NCBI GenBank assembly: GCA_976551045.1
Contig: CDPCPM010000012.1
Span: forward strand, 6,758,001-6,822,000
Source of the DNA: Glaucostegus cemiculus
Taxonomy: Eukaryota
DNA length: 64,000 nt
Reading direction: 5' to 3'
Shown: one piece after another, positions 38,872 through 52,690 of the stretch
How positions within the stretch are numbered: position 1 is the stretch's first letter
Layout: the number at the start of each line of letters is the position of its first letter
Made by a program: the position numbers and the translations under genes
The notes under the pieces: model-generated
The model's database searches: none
The model's input: the letters and a program-made list of their open reading frames with translations, nothing else
Told to the model about the DNA's origin: nothing

Positions 38872-41800
38872 ATAATGCGTACATGAGTCAAGGTTTGGTG
38901 GGGACAGAGGGATAAAGCAAACCTCATCTAAGAAACAAGTGAGAGAAAGTTTGATATCTGGCTTAAGCCATGCTCCCTGGTTTAACCAGCTGACAAACTA
39001 GTTGAAAGACTTGAATGCTTCCGAACATTTCCCACATTTGAAAGCAATTAGAAAACACATAATTTAAAGTATATTAAAGATAAAAATTAAAACACTTACA
39101 AACACATGAGAATAATTACCTAAACTCAGCTAATTAAAAGAATTTTAAATTATCTATAATTAACTTTTGCTTTGTACAGCCATTTGTCTTCATTAATGCT
39201 GTTCTTTCACCTGGTCTAACCCATGCAGGCTCTTTAGGCTTACACTACTGAACTGACTCAACACCATACTCTGGCACTAAGCACAGTGAAGAAAAGGCTG
39301 ATGAAGAGCGGCCAGTGGGTCTGCAACCATCACATTCATGCACATATCCTAAACACTGGTATTTAGGCTGGGAAACGTCTGCAGAAGCCGCTAGCTATTA
39401 CCCTCAAGCACGGACCAGTATGAAGGATGCAACAAAATCACTTGCAATTTTTAGTACCCTTTGCAGAATAAAACAGGCTTTCATTCTGTTTAAGGTACCC
39501 CTTGAGAGGACAAGCTGACAACAAATATTTTTTACTATCGTCCTTCAAGGTGCCTATAAACATGCTCAGCCATTCTTTTCTCAATGCTAGTGGTCAAAAA
39601 TGTTTAATCAAATTAAAGATATATTGTCTGAGAATAATTGGAATGAAGTGTATACATTATATATGCTACGGGACTGAATTGCAGCACTTAAATGACCATC
39701 TGAAAGCATCAGTAAGTTTAAGGTACGCATTGCGCATAATGTGACTGTCGATTCTGTGCTTATAGACAGGGGTGAATCAATCCACATATAATGACCAAAT
39801 GATGCCTCCCCTGTGAAATGGATTCACTTAAATGCACATTGGCATATCATTGTGGCCACACACAGGAAAGCATACCTGTACGGTGGGGAATGAACCCACT
39901 AACTGTGATACTTTAAAGTATCACAGATTACGTTGCAGACATATTGAGTTCATTAAATTGCCAGGGGATAAAGAATGGAGTGGGAAGTTTCACAGCGAGT
40001 TTGGATGAGAGCAAAGGTAGAGATTCACTTTTCTTGCTGTTCTGGAGAGGCCCCACCTGGGCCTTCAGTGTGACCAAGAGCAAAAGGAACAGAAGAAATG
40101 GCTTCCTCTCAGAGACGGCTGAAAGAGACAGAGGATGGCCGATGCCAAAGAGCTGCCTTCCAAGTGCATTCCCATTTCAGATCATCTGAGACACAATGAA
40201 TCCAGAAATTAATATATTGCAAGGCAGAGTTGATACAAACAAATCAGTTGCTTTGTGCAGCTCGATTTCCAGTACCCATCCATAGCTGGATCACTATGCT
40301 TGAGAGGAGGAATATGGCTACTTAAAACATTTTAATTCTGGTCTATTCTAGGTTTTGACACCATTCCTAGCTTGTAGCTCAGCACTGCATTTGGGATGTC
40401 AAATGGATGCTTTATACTCGAGGTAAGAAAGGATCATTTCATCGAATGGAGAGCAGTGGGTGTCAGCATCTTAGTGAACTTTTGTAAGCTCAACTTCTTT
40501 TAAAAAGAAAAATTTGTTCATGGGATAGAGGCCTGCATTAATCTCTCCTTGAACCAAATGCCTTGCTTGGCCACTTCAGAGTCAATCATATTGGAGGATT
40601 TAGTGTCACAAATAATGCAAACTGCCTAAGAATGCCCAGGTGTATTTTGACAATTATCTGGTAGATTCATTGTCACTGTTATGGATGCAATGTTTATATT
40701 CCACATTTATTTAATTACTTGAATTCAAATTCACCAATTGTTATTGTGGGAGTTGAATCTAAATTTCTGGATTAGTACCCATGTCTCTGAATGCTAGTAG
40801 CCTAAGTACTATGTTTCATTATCATTTTGGCTACAATAGCCAGCACGCATGAGGAGCTCAAGGCTTCACATGTAAACCTCGAACATTTTCATGAACTACA
40901 AACTCTATCACTCCTTGAAGTGTGCCCCAACCACCAAAAGTCCTCAGAGTCTAAGCTATGCATATTTGATGTACAATGTTGGATAACCCTTGGAAGCAAA
41001 CATTATTACTATTCTTAACTCTTCATTTCAGTTAGTAGTCCAAATTTCACTGAAAAGTTCAGTAATTACATGTGTGGGCCTTACAGATCTTAGAGGTGAA
41101 TGCCAATGGGTCCTCAAGATGAGATCTTATTGCCTTGACTATTAAGGTGGGGGCTTTGCAGTATTGTCCAGAAGGTCTCATGCTTCATCCTTAACTGGAT
41201 CAGGCCTGTCTGCTGCAGAACACAGGAAGAAGAGGAAAAGGAGAAAGGGAGCAGAGGGCAATAAGTAGAGGCCTTCTTTGGATGTTCCATCAGGCCACAG
41301 TATAATATCCCGAGTTTCACTAGCAGGCTACTTCACTAACCTCAGGGCACATGCGGAGAAGCAGTCCAAGACCACCAGCCACAAGATCTTGCCACTATTT
41401 GATTTTGAAATCTGTTGCAAATGATCAGCCCACCACAGCACGTGCATTACAATGACCATTGCTTCATGTGAAAGTCTGTTCATCTTCCCTTGGCAACAGT
41501 GTTACTATCACCCACTCCTCCAATAGTAACAGTTGAATTAGGGGTTTAAGGAATAACAAATACCTGAATCAAAGGTTTAATCACAGCAGCTGCAAAAGTG
41601 TATGGGAAACTGAGTGGGGTGGTGCAAGGGACTTCGTGAAGTATTCCACCACAGGGGGGGGGTTCAAGGTGGTGGAAAAGGTTCTCTTAGCTCCAAAGAC
41701 ACTGAAGAATGCTCTGTCTCATTCAGCATAAACCACTAACTGCATTCTCATCCTCATGAATCACCTTGGTCTTTGTCTGCAGTCTAATATTACTACAATA

Positions 41801-42134
41801 TCTACAAAGGTTGCTCTTTGCTCTTTTGAACTAGATATCATCAACTCATTAAAGTTTTCCATCAGAAAGACTGAACCATCCAGACAGTGTCCATTTGGGT
41901 ACAATGCATCTGTAAGAGACTCTAAGTCGTTGAGGCACTTGGAATTAAGTCTGTTTCCTGGCTGCTGCTCCCAACGTTCATCATGTTGGAGTTGCCTGCA
42001 CAACAGTAATGTCGGTATTGCCACGTTGCAAATGATGAAGTAAGTGGTATCTCACCATCTGGAATAGTATGTAGGTTTGAGTGACAAAGGCTGACCTCTC
42101 AGTGATGCACATTACCCATAGTGGATTTTTTCCG

Positions 42135-42860
42135 ATTCACTTTTTGGGACTTGGATATCACTGGCAAGGTGATAGATGCCCTCCAAAATGTGGTGGGGAG
42201 CTGTGTCCTTAAACCACGACAGTCCTTCTGGTGAAGGTATTCCCCTTGTGCTGTCAGAGAGGAAGTTTTGGATCTAGGTCAAGTGATGATGATGGAATGA
42301 CAGCACACTTCCAAATCAGGGTGGTATTAAAGTTCCTATGTGCCTCCTGCTTTTGTCTGATTTTTTGTGGAAGAGACAGGGGTTTTAGAAGAAGGTGTTG
42401 TTGGAGTGGTCTGGGTTAGTAACTACAGTGGATTTTGTAGATGGTATACACTGTGATAGAGGAAATTAATGTTTAGGGTAGTGGATGGAATATCGATCTG
42501 CTTTGCCTAGATGGTGTAATGTTGCCTAAATTGTTGTTGGAGCTGCACTCATCCAGGCAAGTTGACAGTATTCAATGATTCTCCTGACTTGTATCACGTT
42601 GATGGTGGAAAAACCCTGGCATTGCAGGTGAGTCACTTGCCTTAAGATATGCAGTATATTCTGTTATAGCCTAGGCTGTTAATGGCAATGCCAATGGATG
42701 TCATGAATAGGTGGTTACTTGCCATTTGTCAGCCCATAATTGAATGCTGTTAAGGTGTTATTGCATGCTGGTGTGGTCTTCTTCATTTGCCGAGGACTCG
42801 TCAATGGAACTACACATTGAACAAACGTCAGCAAAAAGCTCGTTTCTGATCTTATGAAGC
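42135..42860 (-). mobile_element. Degenerate L2/CR1-group LINE 3' portion
   Basis: Similar to 52205-52690 (tgtttagggtagtggatgg vs tgtttaagatggtggaag; agatggtgtaa vs ggatggtgtcaa). Family assignment is approximate. Confidence 0.6.
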
Positions 42861-44646
42861 TCTTATAACATGAGAGAACAAATAACATAGACCATATCCC
42901 ACATCCCTCTGTTACTGTCCATTAGTGTCCTCTTTTATACAAACTGTAAAAGCCAGGACCAAGCAAAACAACATACTAAACACCTGTTTGCATCCAATCA
43001 AGACCAAAACCATTCAATCATTGAAAAAATCACCCTTGAGCTTACCCTTGGTGCTCCAACCTGGTGCAAGACTTTTCCCTTGTAGGGAAGTACATTACAG
43101 ACTGCAAATATCTTTGGAACAAGAGGGCCAAGTCTTGGGCTAGACTGCTTTGCCATGAGTAATGGCATTCTGAGCTAACTGGCTGATGGGCACCTGCAAG
43201 GGCACTGTCAAGGTCTCTTTGGTGGAAGCACAAATACTGTCCTTCTGTAAGGGGAAAGCAAATTCCTACTCCATGGAGCCACTGACAGCCTCCTTGTTAA
43301 GTAATGCAGACATGGCATTGACTAATGCTGGTTTGCTAACTCATGGATATTCACTGTTAATGTGCGCTAATGTGGACAAAGCATTATGACTGGCACTTCA
43401 TACACATACCGTGTTCATGAAAATCACACATTAACAGCAATGATTCAAATTGGCATGGGTATCTGTACAATGGCATTTCACCCAATTTTCACGTGTAAGT
43501 CAGGTCACCATATCCACTGCCACCAGCCTTTGTGAATGTATTTTACTGATGATGACAGTTATTCATACCTTGGCAAACTAGATGTTCGGATGAATGCACA
43601 AACACAAGCAGTTTTGGTGGTGAAAGTATGTAGGCTGCATTTGCACAACTATCAATGGGAAAGCCCCTGCGGTGCTACATGGCAGATTCTAGCTTCAAAG
43701 ACATTTTGCATTACCACTCCAAAACAAAGACATCCTGCAGGCTAGATCCACTTGGGGCATGACTGGCACTCCACACCAACTCACTCATGCCCTCGAAACA
43801 ATCAGATAAGTTGCACAGTCTTAACATTGTCTTTAGCTAGAAAAGGTATGGTTTCATTTGAAAATCTATCAACTTGCTAAAATCTCAAAAAAATACAACA
43901 AACAAAAAGAATAGTCCACATGAAATAGATTCTTGCTTATTATCAAGTAAGCCCAAGTTGGTTAAGTTTTATCAGTTTTTAAACATGGTAAAGAGTTTAT
44001 GTAAAGAGAAATCTGACAGGGCTTGACCTGCCATCACTCATGGCATGGGGTCTATTTGCATCCATGCCATGAGTAATCACAGCATATTGGTGGTGAATAA
44101 GTTAGTACTCCATTTGAATGGTTTTATTCAAACACTAACAGGTGAAAAGGAACTTATGCACCTAGATATAAAAGTAGTCCCTATTGAATTGAAATGACTT
44201 CAGAAAACAGGAAATATGATAATGAAAACAGAGACTGAGCAGAATGCACACTGTCTTCGTGTTTCCTGCACAGCCACTAACAATAAGGGGGTCATGTGAC
44301 ACACTATCCCATCATTCAGTCATTAATAGTTGTGCTGGAGTAATTACACTTACGGTTCCTTTGCCTCAGGCAAATTTTTGAAATAAGATAGTTGAAATTA
44401 TGATACCACTGATAAATATTAATAAGTGAACTTTTAATTTTTGCCACAGTATTCCAAATGCGAAACAACCAGCTAATGCTCCAGTGACTTACAATGCATT
44501 TGCCCTGGGGCTTTAATGCTTTATGCACTTAAAAAGTTTTAAAGAAATTAAATTTTAATATCTAATTAGTGAATGAGTCATTGTGCAGTGAGCAAGGGAT
44601 CTGGGTATTGTGGACTTTGCAGACTGAATCCATTTGTTGATCTTAC

Positions 44647-44716
44647 CTGTAAAGCAGCATTAAGTGGTGATCCATATGCAAGGCTGGTCTGTATATTTTT
44701 TATAATAGAGGGATTT
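44647..44716 (-). CDS. FOXP1: FOXP1 coding exon 19 (70 nt): NPSIIKNIQTSLAYGSPLNAALQ
   Basis: Aligns to human [23 protein letters not shown]. Acceptor ttcttatacag, donor CAG|GTAAGA. Phase 2 to 0. Confidence 0.95.
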
Positions 44717-45348
44717 CTGTATAAGAAAAAAGATAATATTCACAATTCACTATGAGTAAATAATTGTCATACAGCATACGTTAACATATTCGGCTCCATT
44801 TTACTAACAGCGAAAAATCATTTTTAAATTGGATTCAATTAAGGAACACCTGTAACTGACTCTGACGTTTTTTTTAAATCTGATCTACAGTATTTGAACA
44901 CTGTTACATTTAAACTTTTCGGGGTCCTTTAATTGCACGATTTAAAAAAATACACCCTTAAAGTTTTTTTTTAAAGAGAACTACAGAGTGTATTAATTTA
45001 TTTGGACAATATTCTGCAATTGATTTATCTCTATATATCTTTGATATAGGCACAGAACAGCATTATACTCAAATGCATACAATTCAAAGTAAAAGAAGCT
45101 GAGGTATGTAATTGTATTAGGAGGTCCTACTGAGAATTTTCAAAACATTGTACAGATCTTGCAACTGTTCAAAAAGTTTGGAGATGATGGGTTATAAATT
45201 ATTATGGTTTAAGTTTAAAGATGCAGGATGCCTTTTTTATTACATTTAAAGATGGAGCCCCCTTATTATCCCAGCCTCTTTGGCAAGTAAATTAATAAGA
45301 TTAAGGAGGTTATTATATTAACCAGACATAAAAGTGAAATGAGAACAG

Positions 45349-45389
45349 TTATATTGAAAATGAGAAAGGATATACTGAAAATGAGAAAG
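45349..45389 (+). repeat. 21-bp tandem duplication (tataYtgaaaatgagaaag, two copies)
   Basis: Read directly from the sequence. Confidence 0.85.
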
Positions 45390-45969
45390 AATACTGCAAG
45401 AAACAGTTATTAAGCAGGTGAGCCATTGCAAGAGATGATGACTGGCAGGAAATAAATTCAATTTAAATGATATTTTGATATATGCAAGGAAAGGGATAAT
45501 AAAGATTAGCATGGCAGATTGTGGGGGGCAGTGGCAGTTCAGGCTGAAAATTTATATTTAGGCTATGTATCATCATTGCTCAATAGTAGAACTTTGTGAA
45601 TTTAGCCTGAAGGTAAAGTAAGGGTATATATATGTGTATCTCCTATGACATAGGTCATGATCAGTTGCAGATCTTTTCTTTCATTTCAGGGATATTATTC
45701 CATGTAACATACCGTGTGTCATTATGAAATTTACTCATTTGTAATGATTGAAAATATCAATATATAACTGTTTTACTGTTGTTTTCAGAATTACTTTTGT
45801 GAATGCACCAATTTTCCTGTAAAAGAAGAGTGGCCTTGATTATTTTAATGAAAAAACTACATTTGCACCCAAACGTTGCTCTTTTTATAGAAACCAACAG
45901 AAGTGTGTCGAGAGTGATATAACTCATTGCGGGTCTAAATCAAACATTTAGCTGTACTGGAAATGGGAG

Positions 45970-46340
45970 AGGGGTAGGGATCCAAAAAGAAAATGCAGGA
46001 AATGCACAACCAAGTCAGGGCACACCTGTAGGAAGTGGCATAGATAACACTTTGGGTCAATTTGAAGGGGAGTTCTTTTGCTGATGAAACAATGGGCCTG
46101 GAATTAGGCTTGTTATAATTGAGTGAAGAATATTGCTTAGCAGCATTTTGCTGGAGGTGATGAGGTTTTCAAGGAATTGTCATTGTGGAGTGTGTTAGTT
46201 TTGAAATATCAAAACAAGAGTATAGTGCCCTAGAGTTTGGCAGGATGGGGGAGCTGCTTCATATGCCAGAAATCTGGGATGAGTGAAGGACATAGTGGCC
46301 TGGTACCAAAGGTCTTCATGGACATACTTTGTTTACCTGG
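45970..46340 (-). mobile_element. Penelope-like relic
   Basis: aaaatgcaggaaatgcacaac...gtcagggcacacctgtagga resembles the reverse of the terminal motif of this element family. Otherwise heavily decayed. Confidence 0.35.
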
Positions 46341-48000
46341 ACCCTAAAGATTTTCTTTTGCATCTGTATTAATACCTAACATCAGCTACAATAAAAAAAA
46401 TCAGAAATTAATTTAGGACCTCGTCTGACTACATCATACCATGCATCTACTACCAAGACACCGGTACATTATGTTTTAATATAATGAATAAGGATCAAAA
46501 ATATGATAATAAGGCAGCTCCATTCAAGTCTGAAATAATTGGTTTAACAAGCCAGATAGTGGTATTTGTATGGAAACTAAAAACACCTTTTGTAGAAATA
46601 TGTATTATGGCAGAGTATTTCTTCATTGTTGGAATGGAGTCACTGTGTATCAACAATTTTGGAGTATTAAAGAAGAGGTCCAGGTTATCATCTTATTCAA
46701 ATATTCTTGTCAAATAAGATTTTATTACCTGTCCCACACTTATTTATACTAGTCTTGCTTTTCTCCTTTTAGATTCTCTGATATTACAACGACATGCTGA
46801 ATTATTTGGGACTAAAGCAGAATTCCTGCATAATCAAACAATGGCGTTTAGTTCTGAGATAGACAATTATATTTTTTCTCTTCCCCTAAAAAGTGGAGTC
46901 TTCAACTACTTCATATAGTAGACAAACTGAAATCTTGACCATTCTGCTGCAATTTTAAATCTAGTATTTATGGTTCAGATTTACCTAGTCTAATGCAGCA
47001 TATTCCAAACTTTTGTTTTTCCAGCTGATCCCTCTTGTCAATTTCCACTGAAAATAACCTGCAAGTGCATTAATTTGATAATTGGGTGCATGAATCACAC
47101 AATGTTTTCCCAGCTGGAGTTATGAATTTGGTTGCAAGTTCTATTGCATATGACAGGTGCTATATTACAATGCAACCAATGAATTTGTGCAGAATTCACA
47201 CGTAACTATTTGAGGGATAGTGCTAATATGAGAAGTTGGGAGTCAGATGAGACAAACTGTAATATTTTGAATATTTGGCAATGGAGAAATTACTGCCTGA
47301 TGAAAGGAGTTGATGAGTCCTTCAGCTATAATATGTGTCTGCATTGGCCTTATAGCCATTTTGTTTTTAATGTGATCATGACTAATTGTAAGATTGTACT
47401 TTAATTATTTTAACTTCTTCAAAATGTGGGCTGGGGGCAGAGAGTGGTACATGGATAAATTGATGAAGCTGCTTCGTTCTGTGTTCAAACTGTATTAGCA
47501 TTGAAAAGTTGCACAATATATTAACTTTCACATTTGAAGTGGAATTTTATATATATAGGGAGTATTTTGATTCATTTTTGTTATTGATGTTTGTAACCAA
47601 TTGAAGTACCTGTGAAGTATATTGCTCTGTGATATTACATTTTTGACTTGCTTCATCTGATGATTTTGAGAATTGTTCAGAATGACTTTTCTACATGATT
47701 GTAAAAAATCAACGGCTGAGTACCTTCTATGTCAATGTTCAGATATAAAGATTGCAGAATTCTAAATTTTTCAAGTGTGATCACAATGTAAATAATAATG
47801 GGGAATATTTCCAAAAGAATTGGAAACAAAATTTCATATCACCTAAACCTTCACTGTAATCAATTATCTGAGAGATTATTTAAAATAGAGCTCTGTTATA
47901 GCAACACTATATTTTGAATAAAGTACAACTTGGTCAATAGAAGGAGTCACACTTTTAATTCAACAGATGTTATAAAACAAAGTCATTCTTACATAACATA

Positions 48001-48798
<798 letters not shown>

Positions 48799-51700
48799 CT
48801 ATAGTAAGTACAAAGAAGAAAACATTCAATATTGTATCTAAAAGAAAGGAAGTATATATTATAAGTGTTGCCACGGCCATAATGAAGAATCATAAAATTC
48901 AAGCTTGCTGTCAGTGTTTGCATTGACAGGTTCTTGTCAAGATATTCAATTCCATCCATAATTCTTTGATCAGTTCAGAAAAAGCAGTTAGTGGAAAAGA
49001 ACATAGATGTGGCACTTTTTCTATAGCTAATTGATAAGGTTTAGTTAGATTGTTGATACCACTGTAACATTGTTCTCAATGCTGTAGGACACAACAAGCA
49101 TTCCTACTGGAATTCACACTCAATTCGTAAGAAATGACAATGCACAAGACAGTAGCATTTTCCACTTTGTATTCAATGACTGGCATCAGGAATCAGCATA
49201 CAAGGGGAATCAGAATAAAAGCTCAAACATATTCTATTTATTTACAGGTCACAATATGCACCATTGTACTTACATAGGACAATAAAAAAGTGATGAATGT
49301 ACTGAAAACATTTGTAAGTGGTAATAAAAGGTGAATAGATCTCAATTAGCAGATTCAGTTTGAAGCACTGTTCCAATAACGCAGCTTAAATCCAATTCTA
49401 AACAAGTCCCTTTATTTATTATGTTACTCCTCACCAAATGTGGTATGTTTGCAACTAGTGATTACCATTCAGAGTTGAGTTCAAGACTCTTGCTTGTTCT
49501 AGCTGTGGAAAGCAAATCTGGTCAAACTTTACTTCAGCAGCCTTCACCCACAGGACACCTTTGTACTATTTACCTAGACCAGATTCAAGTACGCTCAGAA
49601 AGGTGAAAAACGATTGTTACCTACTATGTCAATTTTGAGTAAAGGATAAAACACTGCCACATATTCATAAATCAAATGCCAATCCAACTGGTGTGTATAT
49701 TATAAAGGTAGAAGATTGAAAAATATGTTTGGCAAAATGGAAATACTTCGCAATTTTCATTTTGGTAATCTGATTGGCACATAGCAGTCATTTAGCTAAG
49801 ACTTAAATCAAAATTAAAAGTGCTAAAGAAAAGAGGTTCTTTTTTTAAATCTATTTCTCCAGAACAATCACAGCATTGCCCATTTTGAATTGCCCCAGAA
49901 GTGAAGACCCTTACGGAGTCAGAACCCTTTAGTTAGGCCACATTCCAACCTTAATGAAATAGTATGAATACAGTAAACAGACATTGCTTCTGACTTGTCA
50001 GAACCATTTGAAGCTTCTGCCCTACAGCAGTATGTTTAAAGAAAAGTCAAGGAAAGGATCACAAGTTATTACTAAAGGCATATATATATTTGCTTTTCAT
50101 ATGCTATTTATATGCACACTGGTTATTCATAAATAGATGGAAGACACTTTCATACATACCAATTCTGTGTTTCTACAATGCTGCATGCTGCCATGCAGAA
50201 CTGAGTCACAGTAGGGAAGATGAATGTTCATCACTAAAATGTGCCCCATGGAAGGACTGTCAGCAGTTGGTGGAGCATTCTGTTAAAGAGTTGAATGAAT
50301 CTACTGAGCTGGTACTTGTCAAAGTCACAGCTGTAGATCTGACATGTTGAAGATGGACTAAATCTGCCATGTCGTTTAAATAACGTGTATGCATTTTTGA
50401 GAATCTTTAGATAAGAAAAGTCTCATTTTTACATAAACAAAAATACACTTCAAAAATGGGACTAAGGAATAAGAAACAAGTAACAAATTGATAGTGTTGA
50501 ATGCATTAAAATAGATAATACTGAGGAACAGCTCCACACCAGTTTTAATTATTAAGGTCAGGGATGGCCAGTTACTGCATTAAAGCAGTAGATGTGACTG
50601 AAAGATCTAAATCTTACTGACATTCATATTCATCCTTTCCCTAGAGGTAGGTTATGACTATTGTACAACGAATTTGAAAATTTGCAAGGATCAAGTGAAC
50701 CACCTGATAGGTTGATTACAAAGAATGACTTTAATGACAGTCATGGCAATATCTGAAGAACAGATCTTCCAAGAGTGCAGGAAGGGAGGGGGACTGGATG
50801 TTGGCAAGGTTGAATCTTTCACATAAAAGAAAATCAGAGCTTTTGCTCCCAGTGATACTCTGAGGGTAAATATTTTTCAAATATGTGGAATTTTGTTTAG
50901 CTTTTTTTATTTTCTACTTTTTTTGTTCTATTCTATTAGTAGCAATGACTTCCTGGGTACAACTTTGAAGGAACCAGCTTGCAGTGACATTGAAGAATGA
51001 AAGCATCTTAAGTTAGGTGGTGTTTCTGAATCTATTTGCTTTGTAAAGTAGAACAAATAAAATAGAAATACACTCTTCTCTTATAAGTAAAATCAAATTG
51101 TCCTCATTATCTATTTTAACAAAACCTATTTGATTCTTCTATTATTTCAACCAATAAATCTAACTGTAACTTTGATTACTGTAAAACGTGCTACAAGTGG
51201 CGTTTACTAAAATAAGTCAATTTTGATACTGTATCCTTGATTTTTCTTTTTGTTCAACCATTGGGAATTCTTTGCACAATATTACTTAAAATACTTATAT
51301 GCTAAAATTATTTCTCCACTCTACAAGACAATCACCTTCATCTGTAAACAAAATATACTTTTTAGGGCTAACAAAAATATCAGAATTTGTCAGTAGAATT
51401 GGAACTATTTTAAAAGTTTTGTTACTCTTAAATGTTCCAGTTTTGTATGTTATTTAATTGACTCAACTTACCTTTGATAACAATGTATCAGCAAGTGCAA
51501 ATTGAGCTGCAAATATGTGTTATCTAGACTATGATTTCTGAAAATACTTAGAATATTAGGTGTATATAGATTTCTTACAGTTATTCAAAGGAATTGGATG
51601 TACATGAGGACTTTATTTTCAATTATTATAGTTGATTAGGCTACCAACATTCACTGCCTAGAGAATGACAACTTGAAGATGATACAGTTATGTTCTATAG

Positions 51701-52204
51701 TGCAATACTTGTTAATGGGGGTAAAATTTGATATTTCCAAAATTTGAATCCACATATCAAGAATTGTGATTAACCTAAGTCTTGTTTGCAATGTTGGCAA
51801 AAGGGCAACTTGGTCATTATGGTATCCATGCCAACCAGGCTGTTCACTGACCAGAACACTAGTGAAAAATACCAGATAACAATAGTCTGCACCTACTGAA
51901 GGGGAGGTTCATTGTGGCTGGAGCAGTTACTCCAGTTACTGGCTAATATAGTACAAGTAAATCTGAAAACAGTGAAAATTGGCACAACAAGGACAAAAGC
52001 AGGTTGACGTTTGCAGATGTTGCATTGGAGGCCTTGCAAAAGGGGAGGAAAAAAGGATTATAATTTGCAAAGAACCAGGAGGGCCTTGCAGAAAGACATA
52101 TGCTACCAAGAAGTGTGATTGGAAAGCTGAGTAATTCAATACAGGTGTCAAGCCTGCAGAACTTGGAAGTAGAATTTTTTAAAAATGTATTTGAAGAATG
52201 TAAG

Positions 52205-52690
52205 CATCAATGGCAATCAAAGCATTTATTTGCCATCACTAATTGGTCTCAAGGAGGAGGAGGATCTACTTCCCTACAGGGTCTATGCTGAGAAGTCTCC
52301 CACAGTGCTGTTGTGTAAGGAAACTCCAGGATTTTTACCAGACAGCTATGAAGCAACACCATGTTGTGTCTGACTGGAAGGGGTGTTTATAGATGGTGGT
52401 CTTCTCATTATCCTGCTATCTTTGTCCATATACTAGATGGAAGTTGCAGATAGCCAATTGAAGGCAATTTGGCAAGTTGTACAGTGCATCTTTTAGATAC
52501 TACATACTGCTGTTGTGGTGTGCAGGTAGCAGAGAAAGTAAATGTTTAAGATGGTGGAAGAGATGCCCATCAAGTAGATTGTCCTGGATGGTATCAAGCT
52601 TCTTGAGTTCTGGATGGTGTCAAGCTTCTTGAGTTCTGATGAGGATTAGTGATCTGATGCAGTAGAAGGGGTGAGCTAGTCATTGCAGTG
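52205..52690 (-). mobile_element. Degenerate L2/CR1-group LINE 3' portion (same family as 42135-42860)
   Basis: Shared blocks with the 42 kb copy. Begins aagcatttatttgccatcactaattg and contains an internal 26-bp duplication. Confidence 0.6.
52584..52638 (+). repeat. 26-bp tandem duplication (ctggatggtRtcaagcttcttgagtt, two copies)
   Basis: Read directly from the sequence. Confidence 0.9.
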
